From NCBI RefSeq assembly GCF_963921235.1, contig NC_086109.1, positions 34,412,001 to 34,476,000 of the forward strand: a stretch of 64,000 nt of DNA. Reading direction: 5' to 3'. Under the pieces are notes generated by a model. That model saw only the letters and a list, made by a program, of their open reading frames with translations, was not told the origin of the DNA and did not search any database. This stretch comes from Mobula hypostoma (lineage: Eukaryota). Position 1 is the stretch's first letter. Each line of letters starts with the position of its first letter. This document shows positions 38,336 to 52,391 of the stretch, piece by piece. The position numbers and the translations under genes were made by a program.

Positions 38336-38512
38336 ACACACAAGATTCTACAGATTCTGTAAATTTTGAGTAACACAAATAAAATGCTGGAGAAACTCAA
38401 CCAGTTAGGCAGCATCTTTGGGGGGAATGGACAGTCAACCATCCCTGTTGAAGGATCTTGGCCTGAAACGCTGGCTGTCCTCCTCCATAGGCGCTGCCCG
38501 ACCAGCTGAGTA
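38336..38512. mobile_element. Penelope-like palindromic mini-insertion (old)
   Basis: inverted arms; flanking CCAAACA(G/A)TG duplication. Confidence 0.7.
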
Positions 38513-39574
38513 TTTCCCAAACAATGTTTGGAACAATTATGCAATATACCTTGCATCTGAGTGAAGTATGTGTTACATGTTTATCTTCTGTTTTGATTTG
38601 TATTTTATGTTATTCACCACAAAACATGATATTTTGATCAAGTAAAACAAGTAAAGGCTGCAATTACGTACCTTTATAAAATGGCTTTGTGACATAATTG
38701 AGATAAACTCTCTGCATATAAATTTCACTTCAGATACTGCTCTGTAGGTATCTACACTGCATTCAGAGAGTAGAGTATGATATTACCTTTTCTTTCTGTA
38801 CCATTAAATTGAATAACTACTTTGGCTATATGTGGATAGACAAAACACTTGGAATTTTCACTTCTTTTAACAGAGGTGTTTTTTTTTAATGGGGAGAATT
38901 CTCCAAGGATAAACAAGCACTTTTTGAAAATTGCTTAAGATTTTATCATACCAATGCGAAGGTTCTACTTGGTCTGGAAATTACTGCTGCACTGTTGGCA
39001 AACAAACTTTCAACTTCATTATATGGCATTTTGTATTTTACTGGAGCATTTCAAAACCTCTTCCAAAAACAACGTGTAGGTCAGGCAGTAATTTGTGAGA
39101 AGGGAAACGGTTATTGTTTCAGTTGTGTGAACTGGAAAAGAGAGAGAAAAAAAACACAGAAGATGCCGGGGGGGAAGAACAATTTTTTTGTGGAAATAGA
39201 AACATAGTTAACTTTTCAGGTTGGAGAAACTTAATCAGCTCCTTCTCCAGACTGGAGAAACAGTCTGCTTGGTGGAGCACTTGCACCCGGTCTGCAGGAG
39301 AGAGGGAAAACCAATCTGTATGATGTAGCTAAGAAGGTGGGTGGAACAAATAGAGCATCCCTGACAATGTGAGATTGTAATGTGTCAGCTAAGGAACAGT
39401 TACAGTCAGAGTAAAGTTTTTGTGTCTGGGTAATATGTTCCAAGTGGGTTGTACGGGCTGATCAATGAAGTGTAGAGAAAAAGGAAATCTGAGCCAAAAT
39501 GATGATAACAGGCAAAGGTAGTCAATTCCAGTTCTGATACAAACAGGAACAGAGGGTTATCGGAAGGTGGAGAA

Positions 39575-40200
39575 TTATATTTAAAATCCAACAAATTTTA
39601 ACATGCCCAGCTGGAAGATGAGATGTTGTTCCTTTGCCTTGTGTTGGGCTTTGTTGTCACAGTGCAGGAGTCCATAGTCAGAAAGGTCACTGTAGCAATG
39701 TATTGATGAAATGAAGCAGCAGGCAAATGGCAGCTCAGAGTCACCCCTGCAGACTTCTTCAAAGGTGCTCTTCAAAGTGATCATCAAATCTGCTCACAGT
39801 AGAGAGGCCCACCATGTGAGCACTGAATGCTGCTCACAAGACTGGAAGAAGTGCTTGGGACCCTGGATGGTGGGAAGGGAGGAGGTAAAAAGATGAACAT
39901 TGCATGGAAAAGTGCAATATGACCTGCATTTCACATCTTTAATTAGACCCCTTCTCCCACTGGACAAAGCAAGAACCTGGTTCTCATCTTCCACCCCTTT
40001 AGCCTCTGCATTCAACAGAACATTCTACACAATTTCAGCCAGCTCCAACAATAATACATCACTAATCATATTTCCTACCTCTTCATCAGCATTTAAAAGG
40101 GATCACTCCCTTCAGAAATCCATGGTGCACTCTTCTTTCCCTTCCTGTCCAATGGGTAGCTTCCACTAGACCCCCACTACTACCTTTTCAACCATCTCTA
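39575..40200. mobile_element. Old Penelope-like remnant, both orientations
   Basis: minus ORF with GLLHCDNKAQHKAKEQHLIFQLG; plus segment with AFKRDHSLQKSMVHSS. Confidence 0.65.
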
Positions 40201-41264
40201 ACTACCAACCCCAGTCCTGACGGCCTAACTTTAATATCCATATTGATCATGTGCTCTTTAAACACCCTGCCCTAAAACAATCCCGCTGTTTTCTTCTGGA
40301 CTGATGTTATTCATCCCCTTCTCACTCTAGCCTTTGGTTTCTCTGATAGTTCCCATTACTCCTTCTCTCAACCTGGTCTGATGTTTTCTTTCTTTCTAGA
40401 TGACTCATCCACCACCTCCTCACTGCCATTGTCTGATCTCCTCTCAGTCATCACCTTCCCTCTGACTGATCCTGATCTCTGTGTGGTCTTCTTTTGCTTA
40501 CCCATGCAACTTTCTATCTATCCACGGATTCCTTCTACGCTCCCCGATTCTCTCTCTCCCATAGGACAACTAATTTCCTCTGCAAGCGGAGGTACTTTAT
40601 GGACAAAAGGTGTTTCTGTACAAGGCATATTCCATTCTTTTCGAAGCCTTGACTGTTAAATCGCTGGTGAAAACTCATGTAAAAGTGACCGAGTTCCCCA
40701 CCTCAATGCAGCAACACTCTGAGTAGTACAGCCTGCACCCATGTTTAAAAAAAAATTGTGCCAAGGTATTTCTGCTGAATGTCCTCCAGTATTGACCAGA
40801 AGAGTAGTTGTTAATTCCGAGAAAGATCTGGGGAATCTTGAGGATTTTCATCCATATATTCGTGATAGGGAATTGAATAGCCTCGTTACATCTCAATACC
40901 TTGTTACATCTCAGTGTAGGCCATACCTGGGCTGAGACTAAGAGACATATAAAAGTTCCTACTAACAAACATGCTCTCTACATGCTATTAAATTCAAAAG
41001 TCCAACAAATCTACCTATGTTCATTCCAAAAAAATGTCAAAACTAGTTTCCTTTCTCTTCTCCATTTTTGGTAATTGTTTTTCCTTATCAGTTTTATATA
41101 CTTTTGATGACATTTTTTGCAGCACTGTTGGGATATGTTTCCCAAATCGAGAATTTTTTGTGTATTTTTTGTCTTTTGGACAAAATCAACTTAATCAGTT
41201 AAAACAGAATCTATTCATTACCGAAGGACAGCCTCTATCCATAACTATATGAACTGGTTTATTG

Positions 41265-42230
41265 TGAGACATGAGAGAATAGGACCAATCAAGTGTGACA
41301 GTGGAAAAGTGAGTATGGAACCAGAGGAGATAGCAGAGATACTTAATAAATACTTTGCTTCAGTATCCACTACTGAAAAGGATGTTGGCGATTGTAGGGA
41401 TGATTTACAGCGGATTGAAAAGCTTGAACACATAGACATTAAGGAAGAGGATGTGCTGGAGCTTTTGGAAAGCATCAAGTTGGATCAGTCTTCGGGACCG
41501 ATCGAGATGTACTGTGGTAGGCGAGGGAGGAGATTGCTGAGCCTCTGGCAATGATCTTTGCATCAAAGTTGCTGCGCAGGTTGACTCTGTGGTGAAGAAG
41601 ACATACAGTGCATTGGCCTTCATCAACCGTGGGATTGGGTTTAAGAGTCGAGAGGTAATGCTGCAGCTATTTAGGACCGTGGTCAGACCCCACTTGGAAT
41701 ACTGTGCTCAGTTCTGGTCACCTCACTACAAGAAGGATGTGGAAACTATAGAAAGGGTGCAGAAGAGATTTACAAGGATGTTGCCTGGATTGGGGAGCAT
41801 GCCCTATGAGAAAAGGTTGTGAACTCGGCCTTTTCTCCTTAGAGTGGTGGAAGATGAGAGGTGACTTGATAAGGTGTGTAAGATGATGAGAGGCATTGAT
41901 CGTATGGATAGTCAGAGGCTTTTTCCCAGGGATGAAATGGCTAACACGAGAGGGCACAGTTTTAAGGTGCTTGGCAGTAGGTACAGAGGGGATGTCAGGG
42001 GTAAGTTTTTTACGCAGAGAGTGGTGAGTGCGTGGAGCGGGCTGCTGGTGACTGTGGTGGAGGCGGATACGATTGGATCTTTTAAGAGACTCCTGGATAG
42101 GTAAATGAAGCTTAGAAAAATAGAGGGCTATGGGTAACCCACGGTAATTTCTAAAGTAAGTACATGTTCGGCACGACAGTCGAAGGGCCTGTATTGTGCT
42201 GTAGGTTTTCTATGTTTCTTTGTTTTCTAT
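41265..42230 (+). mobile_element. CR1-like LINE with internal deletion of the RT core
   Basis: EILNKYFASV pre-RT region joined at ~41565 to RPHLEYCAQFWSPHY C-terminus; (TTTCTATG)-type tail. Confidence 0.88.
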
Positions 42231-42484
42231 CAGTGTCACATGTAACAAAATACGATGAAAACATCTAGTCGCAAATTTGAGCAGATAAGAGATTTATTTT
42301 GTTATCTTGCTACCTATAGATAAATTCTGCATAATTCTACAGTACATTTACCAGTGTTACTGTACAGTGTGGTAGTTTATGTGAAAGAAAATTGTTGTAT
42401 TGTTTGTTGCAAACATGTTGATGCTTTTCTCTTTTATGATCAGGAAGTAATTGTTTCACAATGTCGAATATCAATTTTATTTAG

Positions 42485-42529
42485 GAAAACACAGGTTACA
42501 ATGGAGATCCCTCAGATTCAAGAGCTGCG
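42485..42529 (+). CDS. ITPR3: ITPR3 small coding exon (45 nt, 0/0), at the position of the ITPR1 SI segment
   Basis: ttttatttag|GAA...GCG|gtaagt; ENTGYNGDPSDSRAA resembles ITPR3 ENPSYKGDASDPKAA and sits in the expected order. Confidence 0.88.
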
Positions 42530-43514
42530 GTAAGTTTTATTTACAGTGAAATTAATTGGAAACTGAATTTGCCTAAGGTTCCATACTTGTTCAGCTGAGC
42601 CAGTTTGATGTTATATTGTTGGATATATTCTCTCTATAAACTGGGGTAGCCAAGAGGGTATCCTTCATGAACAATTTTTTTTTTGTTTTCTTCCACCTGA
42701 TCTCTATCATCAATCCAATTGGAAATAGAAGTGGTCCCAGCTATGATGTATGCTAACATTGAATAATAGTGATTCATTGTCCTAACACAGGACTGATAAT
42801 AAAATGTGGAACACTACTGTTCCAAGAGTTTAGATCTTAAAGTGTAGAGAAGGGGAAGGAACCTGAAAAGGCCTAGAGCAGGAGGCCAGGGCCAAGCATG
42901 TTGCTTACCTGATGCCCCTGTTCATCACCCTAAGCATTTGCACATTCCACCAAGAGTACACTGTAACAATGCTGTGTCGTTGAGTGAATGGGACCAGCTG
43001 CTGGGTGTGAGGAGGTGGAATGGTTGAGGCAGGTACAGTGGTATCATTTGGGAAGGACTTGAGTAGGTACAGGGAGGGATGGGGCTTGGAGGCGTAGGGG
43101 TCGAACACAGGAAATTAGAACTAACTGAGTGGGCACCATGGTTGGCACGGATAGGTTTGGCTGAAGGTCTTGTATCTGTGCTGTGCTGTTCTGTAACTCA
43201 TTCTACCACCTGTTTTACGGCAACTGACCGTTGCACCTGAAACCATAACCTTTGAAAGTTAGAAGGACAGGAGCAGCAGGAATATAGGAACACCATGACA
43301 TGTACCTATTCTTCCAAATTGGACAGTCAAATTCCCAAGTCAAAATCCTGGATCTTTCTACCTGACAGCATTGTGAGAGCATTTTTACCACTGTTCTGCA
43401 ACTCTTCAAGGAGGTGGCTCACTATCATCAAAGTTCAAATTAATGATGGTGGCTCACCCACATCATCACAAGGGTAAAAAAACATGGGCTGCCTCACCCC
43501 TTGAATGAATATTG

Positions 43515-44065
43515 TGTTGTAGCGTGGATGAAATTACCGGAGAGACAGAGTCACTGGTAGATACAAAGCAGCTTCTTTATTCGACACAACAAGGTACAGC
43601 AGGCATCTTACAGACGGAGACGCTTTCCGTAGAAAGGTCTGCTAGCTAAAATATGGGCTCGATATTTATATGCTAAACACAAAGGCAATCGCTACTTAAA
43701 AAGTTACAGACAATGCTTCCTTTTGAAGTTACATACAAACATCACACCTTCGGATTTCATCCTTTCCTTCTGACACCAACATGTCTGTGTTGGTATCCAC
43801 AGACTTTAGTTCAATCCACAATACATTTATTTGGCATTTTACGTGCTAACATAGAAGACAATTAATATTTATAATGTATAAATAAGACTGCCTTCGAAAC
43901 TATAGCATCAGGCACCAGAAGCATCTGGTATTTACACCTTTGAGGAAGCCCATTGTGGTGGACTCAATCCACAGTCCTTTGTCAAACAGTTCAAATAGAA
44001 GTCTGGTGGCCAAAGTCAGTTAAGTGTAAACAAATCATCTGCCCAAAAAGAAAACCACTGTAACA
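43515..44065 (-). mobile_element. Solo LTR (551 bp)
   Basis: TGTTGTAGCGTGG...CCACTGTAACA termini; perfect 5-bp TSD TATTG; AATAAA on minus near 43576. Confidence 0.85.
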
Positions 44066-44157
44066 TATTGTATGAAATAGTCTGAGGTGCTGCATTGGAG
44101 ATTCCATATAGAATAAACACATTTCTATTCTTTATGGTAAGGTCCCTTGGGAACCAG

Positions 44158-44417
44158 GATCAGAATCAGAATCAGACTCAAGTTTATTACCATTGGCATG
44201 TGTCATGAAATTTAACTTAGCAGCAGTAGTACAATGCAATGCATGATAACATAGGGAGAAAACAAAAATAAAATAAATAAGTAAATCAAACCATGGACCT
44301 TATCAAGTTTATTATCATTGGCATGTGTTGTGAAATTTGTTAACTTTCAGTGCAATACATGATAATATAGAAAGAAAACAAAAGTGAAAACAAAGTAAAT
44401 CAAATTATGGACCTTAT
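44158..44417 (-). repeat. Tandemly duplicated LINE 3' tail (2 x ~120 bp)
   Basis: CAAGTTTATT...TGGACCTTAT at 44179-44303 and 44304-44417. Confidence 0.75.
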
Positions 44418-44700
44418 GAACATGCGCAGGAGCCCTACTTGAGAAAAGGTGGTAAGTTGAATGTTGTGCACTGATGGTTAGAATGAATTATGAGGTAAAC
44501 CAGCACTACTTGCAGGAGAATGTTGCTTTTTTCTGCTGTTATGTCAAATATCACTGACATTTACAGAGTAATTGCACAAATCGAGTCTTACAGTTTTCAT
44601 AGACTGTTCCACAGGTTGCAAGTGTGGTGTGACTACAGTGATTTAGAGGTGATGAATGTGCACAAAATGTTCCAGTCTGGATTTTCCACTCTCTCATTAG

Positions 44701-44852
44701 GCAGAACCTAAAATGCTGAATCGAGCCAGCAAGAGAAAAGGAGGCGAGAAGATCCGGTACAGACTCGTGGCCGTTCCACATGGAAATGATATTTCAAGTC
44801 TGTTTGAGCAAGATCCAACTACTCTGCAGAAAAACGATTCATTTGTTCCCAG
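44701..44852 (+). CDS. ITPR3: ITPR3 coding exon (152 nt, 0/2)
   Basis: ctctcattag|GCA...AG|gtactg; [50 protein letters not shown](R). Confidence 0.92.
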
Positions 44853-45224
44853 GTACTGTATAAAAAATAGCAGGTTGCTCCTGCAGCAGAATTTCCTTTA
44901 CCTCCCATCTTCCACTCAACTAGTCATGTGATCCATTACAATTTCAATCAACCTTCCCATCACAAAACGTCTGGAGGTTTAAAATCCTTGTCATTTAATA
45001 ACTATTTAAATTCGTATCTTTAAGTCTGAATTAGTGTATATATAGCTTACGTGCTTTAGTCTGGAATGGCTGATATAGGTTTATTTGCCTTTTTAGGAAG
45101 ACTTTTAAATGAGTTGATTGAATGTCAGATTTGGCAACTTCCAAGTTGTACTAACTCCTAATTGGTTTTGAATGGAAAGGGAATGGCATTGTGCCCCAAG
45201 ATAGCAACTGACATCTCTCGAGAA

Positions 45225-45840
45225 ATTAAGATTCAGATTTAGATTTATTTATCACATCTACATGGAACCCTGCAATGAAATGTGTGGTTTGTGTTAACAA
45301 CCAACACGCAGAAGGGTGTGCTGGGGGCAGTCCACAAGTCTTGACATATTCCAGTGCCAACACAGCATGCCGACAGTACTTCGCAGAACAACACAGAACA
45401 CAACAAACCAGAAAACAACAAGTAACAAAACAACAACAGCAAAACAAGCCCCTTTCCATCCTTCCACGCTCCCCCCCCCTCCTACGTATCTGTACTTCAA
45501 CTCCAGAGCTCCAGACTCCAGGCTTTGGCCATGAGCACTTCGACTTCCAGACTGCCGATCAATCTTTGGGCTTCAATCTGCAGTATCAACCAATTTTAGG
45601 GCTTCAGTCTTCAGTTTTATCCCCTAGACTAGGCAGTAACAGGGAGCGTCGAACTCTGGGCTCGTTGAGTGACTGTCCCTTATGCGTCGTGTCTTCTTGT
45701 GCCTCTTTGCTCGCACAGACATCTGATCTCAGGACCCAGTGACCTGGGACAGTCCAACATCAACAGATGTTCTCTGTGACCCATCCATGTCGTTGACCTT
45801 CATGCGTGGAGCAGAGGCATAAACTCCAGATCTCCTTTGT
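45225..45840 (-). mobile_element. Non-autonomous non-LTR element
   Basis: (AATCTG)-like tail and AATAAA on minus; homologous to 11975-12266; right boundary approximate. Confidence 0.55.
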
Positions 45841-47749
45841 CACCAGGTCCACACTGCTGTACTTCGAGATGAAGTTCTTTTAAATTACCCTTTTGATAAA
45901 GAATGCTGTCTCTAAATTTAGATTTCACATGTATTTGTTGTACCAGACAGGTAGTGCATTTAATGGTGATGCAGAGCAAAGAAACTCCCTGAAATAAATT
46001 ATAAAATTAATAAGATTTACCTTTAATAATGTGAAGGTTGCTTTTACCTTGAATGTTGCCTGGCTCCCAGTGGTGGAGGTCACTTTCATTGCAGTTAAAA
46101 GGCACGTTAAGCAAGTCAGAGTCTGAAAGGAATCATCCTGACAGGCATCAGCTATTAAAACTGCGGGAGAGTCAGTATAAAATGTAGGGCAGGGGTTGCT
46201 TGCATAGCCACATCAATCGTTTGCTGTCAGTGACCAGATGCCAGAACAAGGCACGGCTAATGATTCTGGCAGAGTATCTGTGCTCTGGCAGAGTTCTGAA
46301 GTTCTGTTTTAGAATTTGAGACAAAGTAATTGTACAAAAAGTATGTGGACCCATGTAAACTTAGGCAGGCACGTATAGAGAGGAATGCATTGGTATCGTT
46401 AAATGATGAACCCTATTTATTTCGTCACCAGGTTTGCTCTGTTTCACTGAGATTGAAAGACGAAGGGCATAGACTGCCTGTTATTGCTACAATTTCTGTT
46501 GGTAATGCAGAGAAGAGTGTTGTGCACATTGATAATGTCATAAAACTGTGGTTGCTTTTACCACGGATGCCAAGACTTCATCCTGATTTTTAAATGCAGA
46601 CTTCTGAGGAAAGTTAAAAATCAATTAATTGAAATGCTGAAGGTGTTTTTACTGTTGTGTCCTTTCTCAGCAGAATATCTATTAGCTTCTTGGGAGTTTT
46701 TGAGTGCAGATCAGAAATGAGATGGACAATTAATCTGATCAGATGAGTTGTTGTTTTCATCCCCTTTTCTGAGATATTTATATGAAATAGGCAGGTGGCT
46801 GTGACATACTGAGTATGGCATAACTGGGTACCTGTTTCAGTAGATCTACCAATGGACCGGTCCAAAGCAACAGCATGAATGAAAAAAAGCCCATCTGAAG
46901 TGCAAGCAACGATTCAATAAAGGCCACTAGCAATTGAAGTGTGACTGCTTCTATAGCGAGGACTTCCCGGGATGTCAGGAACTAACAGATCATTTGTGGC
47001 AAGTCCTCTGATGCCAAATTAAAAGGAAATTTGTCTTAATCTTTGTCCAGTCCATATCCAGAAAATATTTCTGCTATGACAACAACGTTATTTTGAGGCA
47101 ATGTTTCAGTCAACTCTGAAACAAGTTACTAGTGCAATGAGTTTTAGTGCCAATGACTATGGGCCAGAGTCTCTTTTGCATTTTAGAGCCTGAACCTGCA
47201 CTCATATAATTGTCCTACTTGAATGTCAATGCGATATTTACCTATTTCAACAGAATAATCACCAGCTGGCAATCGTAAGCAGGGAGACATCTCTGTGCAG
47301 AAGAATAGGTGGAAATTACAACCAAATTTTATTATTTATCTTTAAGATTAAGAATAGTAAAACAAATCATCAGTAAAATCACAGAATTGAATACAGAGAA
47401 ATATTATTTATCCCTTTTGTTATTCCTTATAATGCCATTACTTCCCTTTCATGTTTAAATAATCTCTCACATAAAATTGCATTATCATGAATTAAAGGAA
47501 TAACATCAGTAATTTTGTGGGAACATATGGAGCTGCTAATATTATGCTACTACAATGCTTGACTCTGAAACACAATCTCTTCAAACTCTTACCAATAATG
47601 TACCGAAGTTTGCGACTGAAACAAAAGATTTCTCTCAAATCAACAGTTAATTATTTAGAGTACAAATTCTTATATACAGTATAATAATGTCTCCCCCTCC
47701 CCTTCCTTGGCCAATCAGCTCAATTAGTTTTATTGCCTGTTGGATAAGG

Positions 47750-49573
47750 ACAATCAACATCTACCTCGTCTTACTTCCTCTAATCCTGATGCTGTATGCT
47801 GAGCTCCTACACGCTCCCCCTTTCACAACCACTCCAATGTCACTATCCCTCCTCCACTCCAGCCCCATTCACCTTCTTCAGCCTCCTCCCCTTCTTGCCC
47901 CCTTCCTATCCCACCCTATAATTTCTGTGAAGCAAAGAGTCGTTAGCAAACTATTTGGAAAACAGAACATTAGGAAAACTGCATACTTTGATGGTGTCTG
48001 GCCTGGTACTCTAAGGCACAGTACTGATCAGCTAGCACCTGTTTTCACTGACATAGTTACCACCTCCCTGCAATTATGCAGGGTCCTGGACTGTTTCAAA
48101 GTAATTTTAATCGTTCCAGTTTCCAATAAAGACAAGCTCACTCACCTTAATGATTATAGGCCAGTTGCTCTGACTTCATTTGTTAGAAAAACCTTTGAAT
48201 GTCTGATGTTGGCCTACCTTAAGTCCATTACTGATCCTCTTCTTGACCTGCTACAGTTTGCTTACAGAGCAAATCGCTCAGTTGAGGATGGAGTTAACTT
48301 GTGCCATCATTACACTCTTCAAAGTTTGGAATCCCCAACACCTATGTGAGAATCTTGTTTGTAGATCTTAGCACTGCCTTCAACACTATTGTTCCGGAGT
48401 TGCTCCACAGCAAGTTAATCCAGTTAGCTGTACCCTACAGTATCTGTCAGTGGGTTACAAACTTCCTAACAGGAATGAAGCAATTTGTAAGGCTTGTCTC
48501 CTACTTAACTGAACCGTTCTCTATAAGACCAGGCTCTCTTCAGAGCTGTGTTCTTTCACCCCTCCTGTCTCACTTTATACAAATGACTGAACCTCTACAG
48601 GCAAATCAATTAAAATTAAAGTTTGTGGATGACACGATTGTAGTTGGTCTCATCTCTGATAATGATATGACCTGCTATTGAAGGGAGGTTGACCGTCTTG
48701 TAGCATGGTGTGCTCGTAATAACTTGGACCTTAATGCTATCAAAACAGTGGAAATGAGGATTGACTTTTGCCAACAAACCCCTACTTGCTCCCAACCGAC
48801 TTAGAAATTAATAGTCAGGCTGTTTCTGTGGTTGAGTCATTCAAATTTCTTGGGACTACCATGACCAATGCACGCATTGAAGTGGGACAAGCATGTTGCA
48901 CTCATCACTAGGAAAGCCCAGAAGAGATTGTTCTTGCTAGGCCAGCTTTACATCCCATGACGTATCCTGATAAGTTTTTACTCAGCCATCATTGAGAGTG
49001 TAGTGACCACCTCTATCACCGTTTGGTTTTCCGCCACCCCTCTCTCCAAGTCCAGGCTGCAGCGCGTGGTCCACTCAGTGGAGAAGTTCATTGGCTGTCA
49101 GCTGCTGACATTTGAAGACCTGTTCATCACCAGAGCAAAGAAAGGAGCTGAAAAAATTGACTGCTGAGTCCACAGACCCTAGCAGTCACCGATAAACCAA
49201 ATTGCCATTGGGGAGATGCTACAAGTCCATCACCATCAGGACTACACGTCATCTCCTGTAACTCTCCAGCTTCTCAACAAAACTAATTCAGGTGTAATAC
49301 CCTTACTGTCCCTGCACAACATCTGTTATATAGTCTTTTCTACTCTCCTTGTTCTGTTTAATTATTGAGTCTGTTTATATGTGTCCATTTATTATGTTTG
49401 ATTATTGACATTTGTGCATGCGACTTCTGCTAATTGTTGATTGCTCATGGCTGTTTGCACTATTGTCTTGTAAATTGTGTTGTCTGTTATGGTATTGCCC
49501 TGTGTTTTATGCTTGGCACCGGACCACAATCAATTCTGGTATGTTTCACATACTGGCAATAAAGTGATTCTGA
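47750..49573 (+). mobile_element. Rex1/Babar-like LINE, older, frameshifted
   Basis: LNDYRPVALTS, LQFAY, LFVDLSTAFNT, FVDD and FKFLG motifs; AATAAAGTGATTCTGA tail. Confidence 0.9.
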
Positions 49574-49627
49574 TATATATATATAAACTGTCCTTTTCAA
49601 CTTCTACTGTTTTATTCAATATTTTAG

Positions 49628-49727
49628 GAATTCCTTTGTGAGATTACGGCATCTGTGCACCAACACATGGATTCAGAGCACAAATATTCCCATTGATACT
49701 GATGAAGAAAGACCGATCAGACTTATG
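49628..49727 (+). CDS. ITPR3: ITPR3 coding exon (100 nt, 2/0)
   Basis: ttttag|G AAT...ATG|gtattt; [33 protein letters not shown]. Confidence 0.96.
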
Positions 49728-49957
49728 GTATTTATTAAATTCCAGTTTCTCTGCCTAATTTTACCAATCAAGTTTATTTTGTAATAAATGTCTAACAATG
49801 GGGTGTTTGTATTAACCTATGTTTTATTTACATATTTTATCCTCATCATGTTTCTTTGTGCAGATGACCTGGTTTGATTAATTTTGTTGATTCAAATAAA
49901 AATACTGGATATGTTAATATTTGCTTAAGTATACAGTTCTGTGCAAAGACCTTAAGC

Positions 49958-49989
49958 ATATATATATATATACATACACACACACACAC
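49958..49989. repeat. (TA)n/(CA)n microsatellite
   Basis: atatatatatatatacatacacacacacacac. Confidence 0.85.
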
Positions 49990-51086
49990 TGGGAGAAAAG
50001 GATGTTGGGAATGATGAGGGTGGAGACTGTGGGAGGGGTGTGGGACAGGTGGCAGAGAAGGAGTGCCTGGGGAGGGGGATGGCATGGGTGCAAACACACT
50101 CAGCTCCGAGACACCAGAGCTGTCCCTGTCCCATTCCAGCTCTTAGTCCACAATAGAGACTCATATCAGAATCAGGTTTATTATCACTCACATATGTCAT
50201 GAAATTTGAATTTTTATTTGCGGCAGCAGTACTATATGCTTAAATATTACATAAATTTTACAGTCTATCCCATTATTCTTGTGTGTGGGAGATTTTGTTG
50301 CAAAAGTTGAAAAAATATTCTGTGTCCATTGGATATAATTATACCTAGCAAAGAGGTCAATTATTGAAGAATGTCTTACGTTCCCTTATATTGTTCATTT
50401 CAATTTATGAGGAATTCCATGTAACAGGGTATGATTAAGTGAATCTGAATTGGCTGATTAGAGTTTACTGAATAATGAGAGGATGTGATATAATACCTTG
50501 GGAGAGAAGGAGACATTAGTGCTCAGTGAGAAACAAGGCCTCAGGAGCAGACAGCATCATTACTGAATTTCTAAAGCTTAGTGAAGATGATTTTCCATCA
50601 CAGACTCGCAGCCTGACCACCCTTTGGGAGGAGGAGGAGGACACATCAGGTGACTTTGAAGATGCAGTAATGATGATTATCTGAAAGAAAGACAGATCCC
50701 ATAGCGGATAACTATAGAGAGATCTCCGTGTCTGTTGGGGCAAAGCACATTAGAATCATCAGCCTCAACAATACTCACAGAGACAGAGCAGAAGCAAAAC
50801 TTTATCAACCCCTGGAGACAAGAAAAGTGCTTTGAAATTCATTCGAATAAAACTGATAGTATATAGTTTATGGATTTGCTGTTTTTTTGTTGTAATTTGT
50901 TCTTTTAATACCTGTTGTGGGGCATTTTCTGCTGGAATGAAAATTGCACATTAGAAGTTTACATTAGGCCTTTAACTTGAGTTAACTAGGAGCATCAATT
51001 GAAATATCTTAATATACAGTTACACTTGGGTTGTATTCATTGAAAAGTTATCATAAAAATTTTGAAAATAATGTATTTATTTTCAG

Positions 51087-51247
51087 CTTGGAACATGCCC
51101 CAGCAAGGAAGATAAAGAAGCTTTTGCTATCGTCTCTGTTCCAGTTTCAGAAATTCGGGACCTGGACTTTGCGAATGATGCCAGCAAAATTCTAGGAACA
51201 ATTGTTGAAAAATTAGAGCAAGGAACCTTAAATCACAATGACCGAAG
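51087..51247 (+). CDS. ITPR3: ITPR3 coding exon (161 nt, 0/2)
   Basis: tttcag|CTT...AG|gtaata; [53 protein letters not shown](R). Confidence 0.96.
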
Positions 51248-52391
51248 GTAATATTGAAACTGTCTTCCTATGAGGTTTAGAGATGTCTTGTTTACTTGAT
51301 TGCAGGACTGTAGCCTAGTCTCGTGAGTAAAATAAGAAAACTCTCAAGATAATCAGCAGTTCAGATGGGGTCTGTGATGAAAGGAATAGAGCTGATGTTT
51401 TGGATCAATAACTTTTTAAAATTAATCATGGAAAACATTGGAGATGACAAAGTTTTAACTGCAAAAAGTGTGAAAGAGACAATCACCATGCTCTTAGAAG
51501 TAGTGGAATGCAGGGGAGGTTGAATGATGGAAAGAGTAATAGTGAACCCTATATTAGCTGGTTTATACTAGGGGAAATGTTGGTTAGATGTGAGAAGATG
51601 GAATAGTGAGCATAATTGGCTGGAATCATGGAGCTCAATCTGAGAGCCAGCTTAACAACAAAGACATTTTGGTATTTAATATTTCATTTACTAAAAACTT
51701 GAGGTAATGCAGATTAGTTTTTTAATCTAGTCTGAAAAGCTAGGACAAGGGAGATAAGATAAAATGAATGTTTAATAATTGGCTAGCAGCAAAATATGTC
51801 AATTTAACTACATTAACTCAGACAAAGCTGAGCATCGGTCCTAAAGTGGGATAACATGCTTTCCAATTATTTTGTCTGTCAGAGCAAGCTATTTCAGTGA
51901 GCATGTTGGATAAGGGCAAAGTTGTATAAATGTGGAAAAAAAAATTAAAGTTCAGTATGCAAATTAGTATGTTTTTTTGTCACCTGGAGCATTTTGCAAA
52001 TTATTTTTACGCTGAAGTAATCTGTGCTGGATTTCACCACATTTTGCTGTGGTGGTGATGATTAAAATTCCAAGATAGACTATACTGTAAATTAAGTGGA
52101 GAGAAGGGAAATTAGATACTAGCTTGTGAGAGCTGAGGAGGAAGTTCAGTGCATTATTTTAGTAAATTTCATATTAATGCTGAACATGTGAGGAAGAGCT
52201 GTAGACTGAATTCTGAATTCAGTCTTGATAACTTAAAAGCAGAATATTGATCAGATCATCTGTCTTCATTATAGATTCTCTTTATCCTTTACATGGGGTA
52301 AGCTAGAACACTCTCCTTTTAAACCGTCTTTTTGCATGCTCTTTTTAAGTGCAAATGATATTGCTGCTCAGATCATCATGGTCCCCTGAAG

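Noticed and set aside
44698..44704. Alternative acceptor TAG/GCAG
   Set aside because: The downstream AG shifts the exon by 4 nt and breaks the frame; only the TAG acceptor fits.
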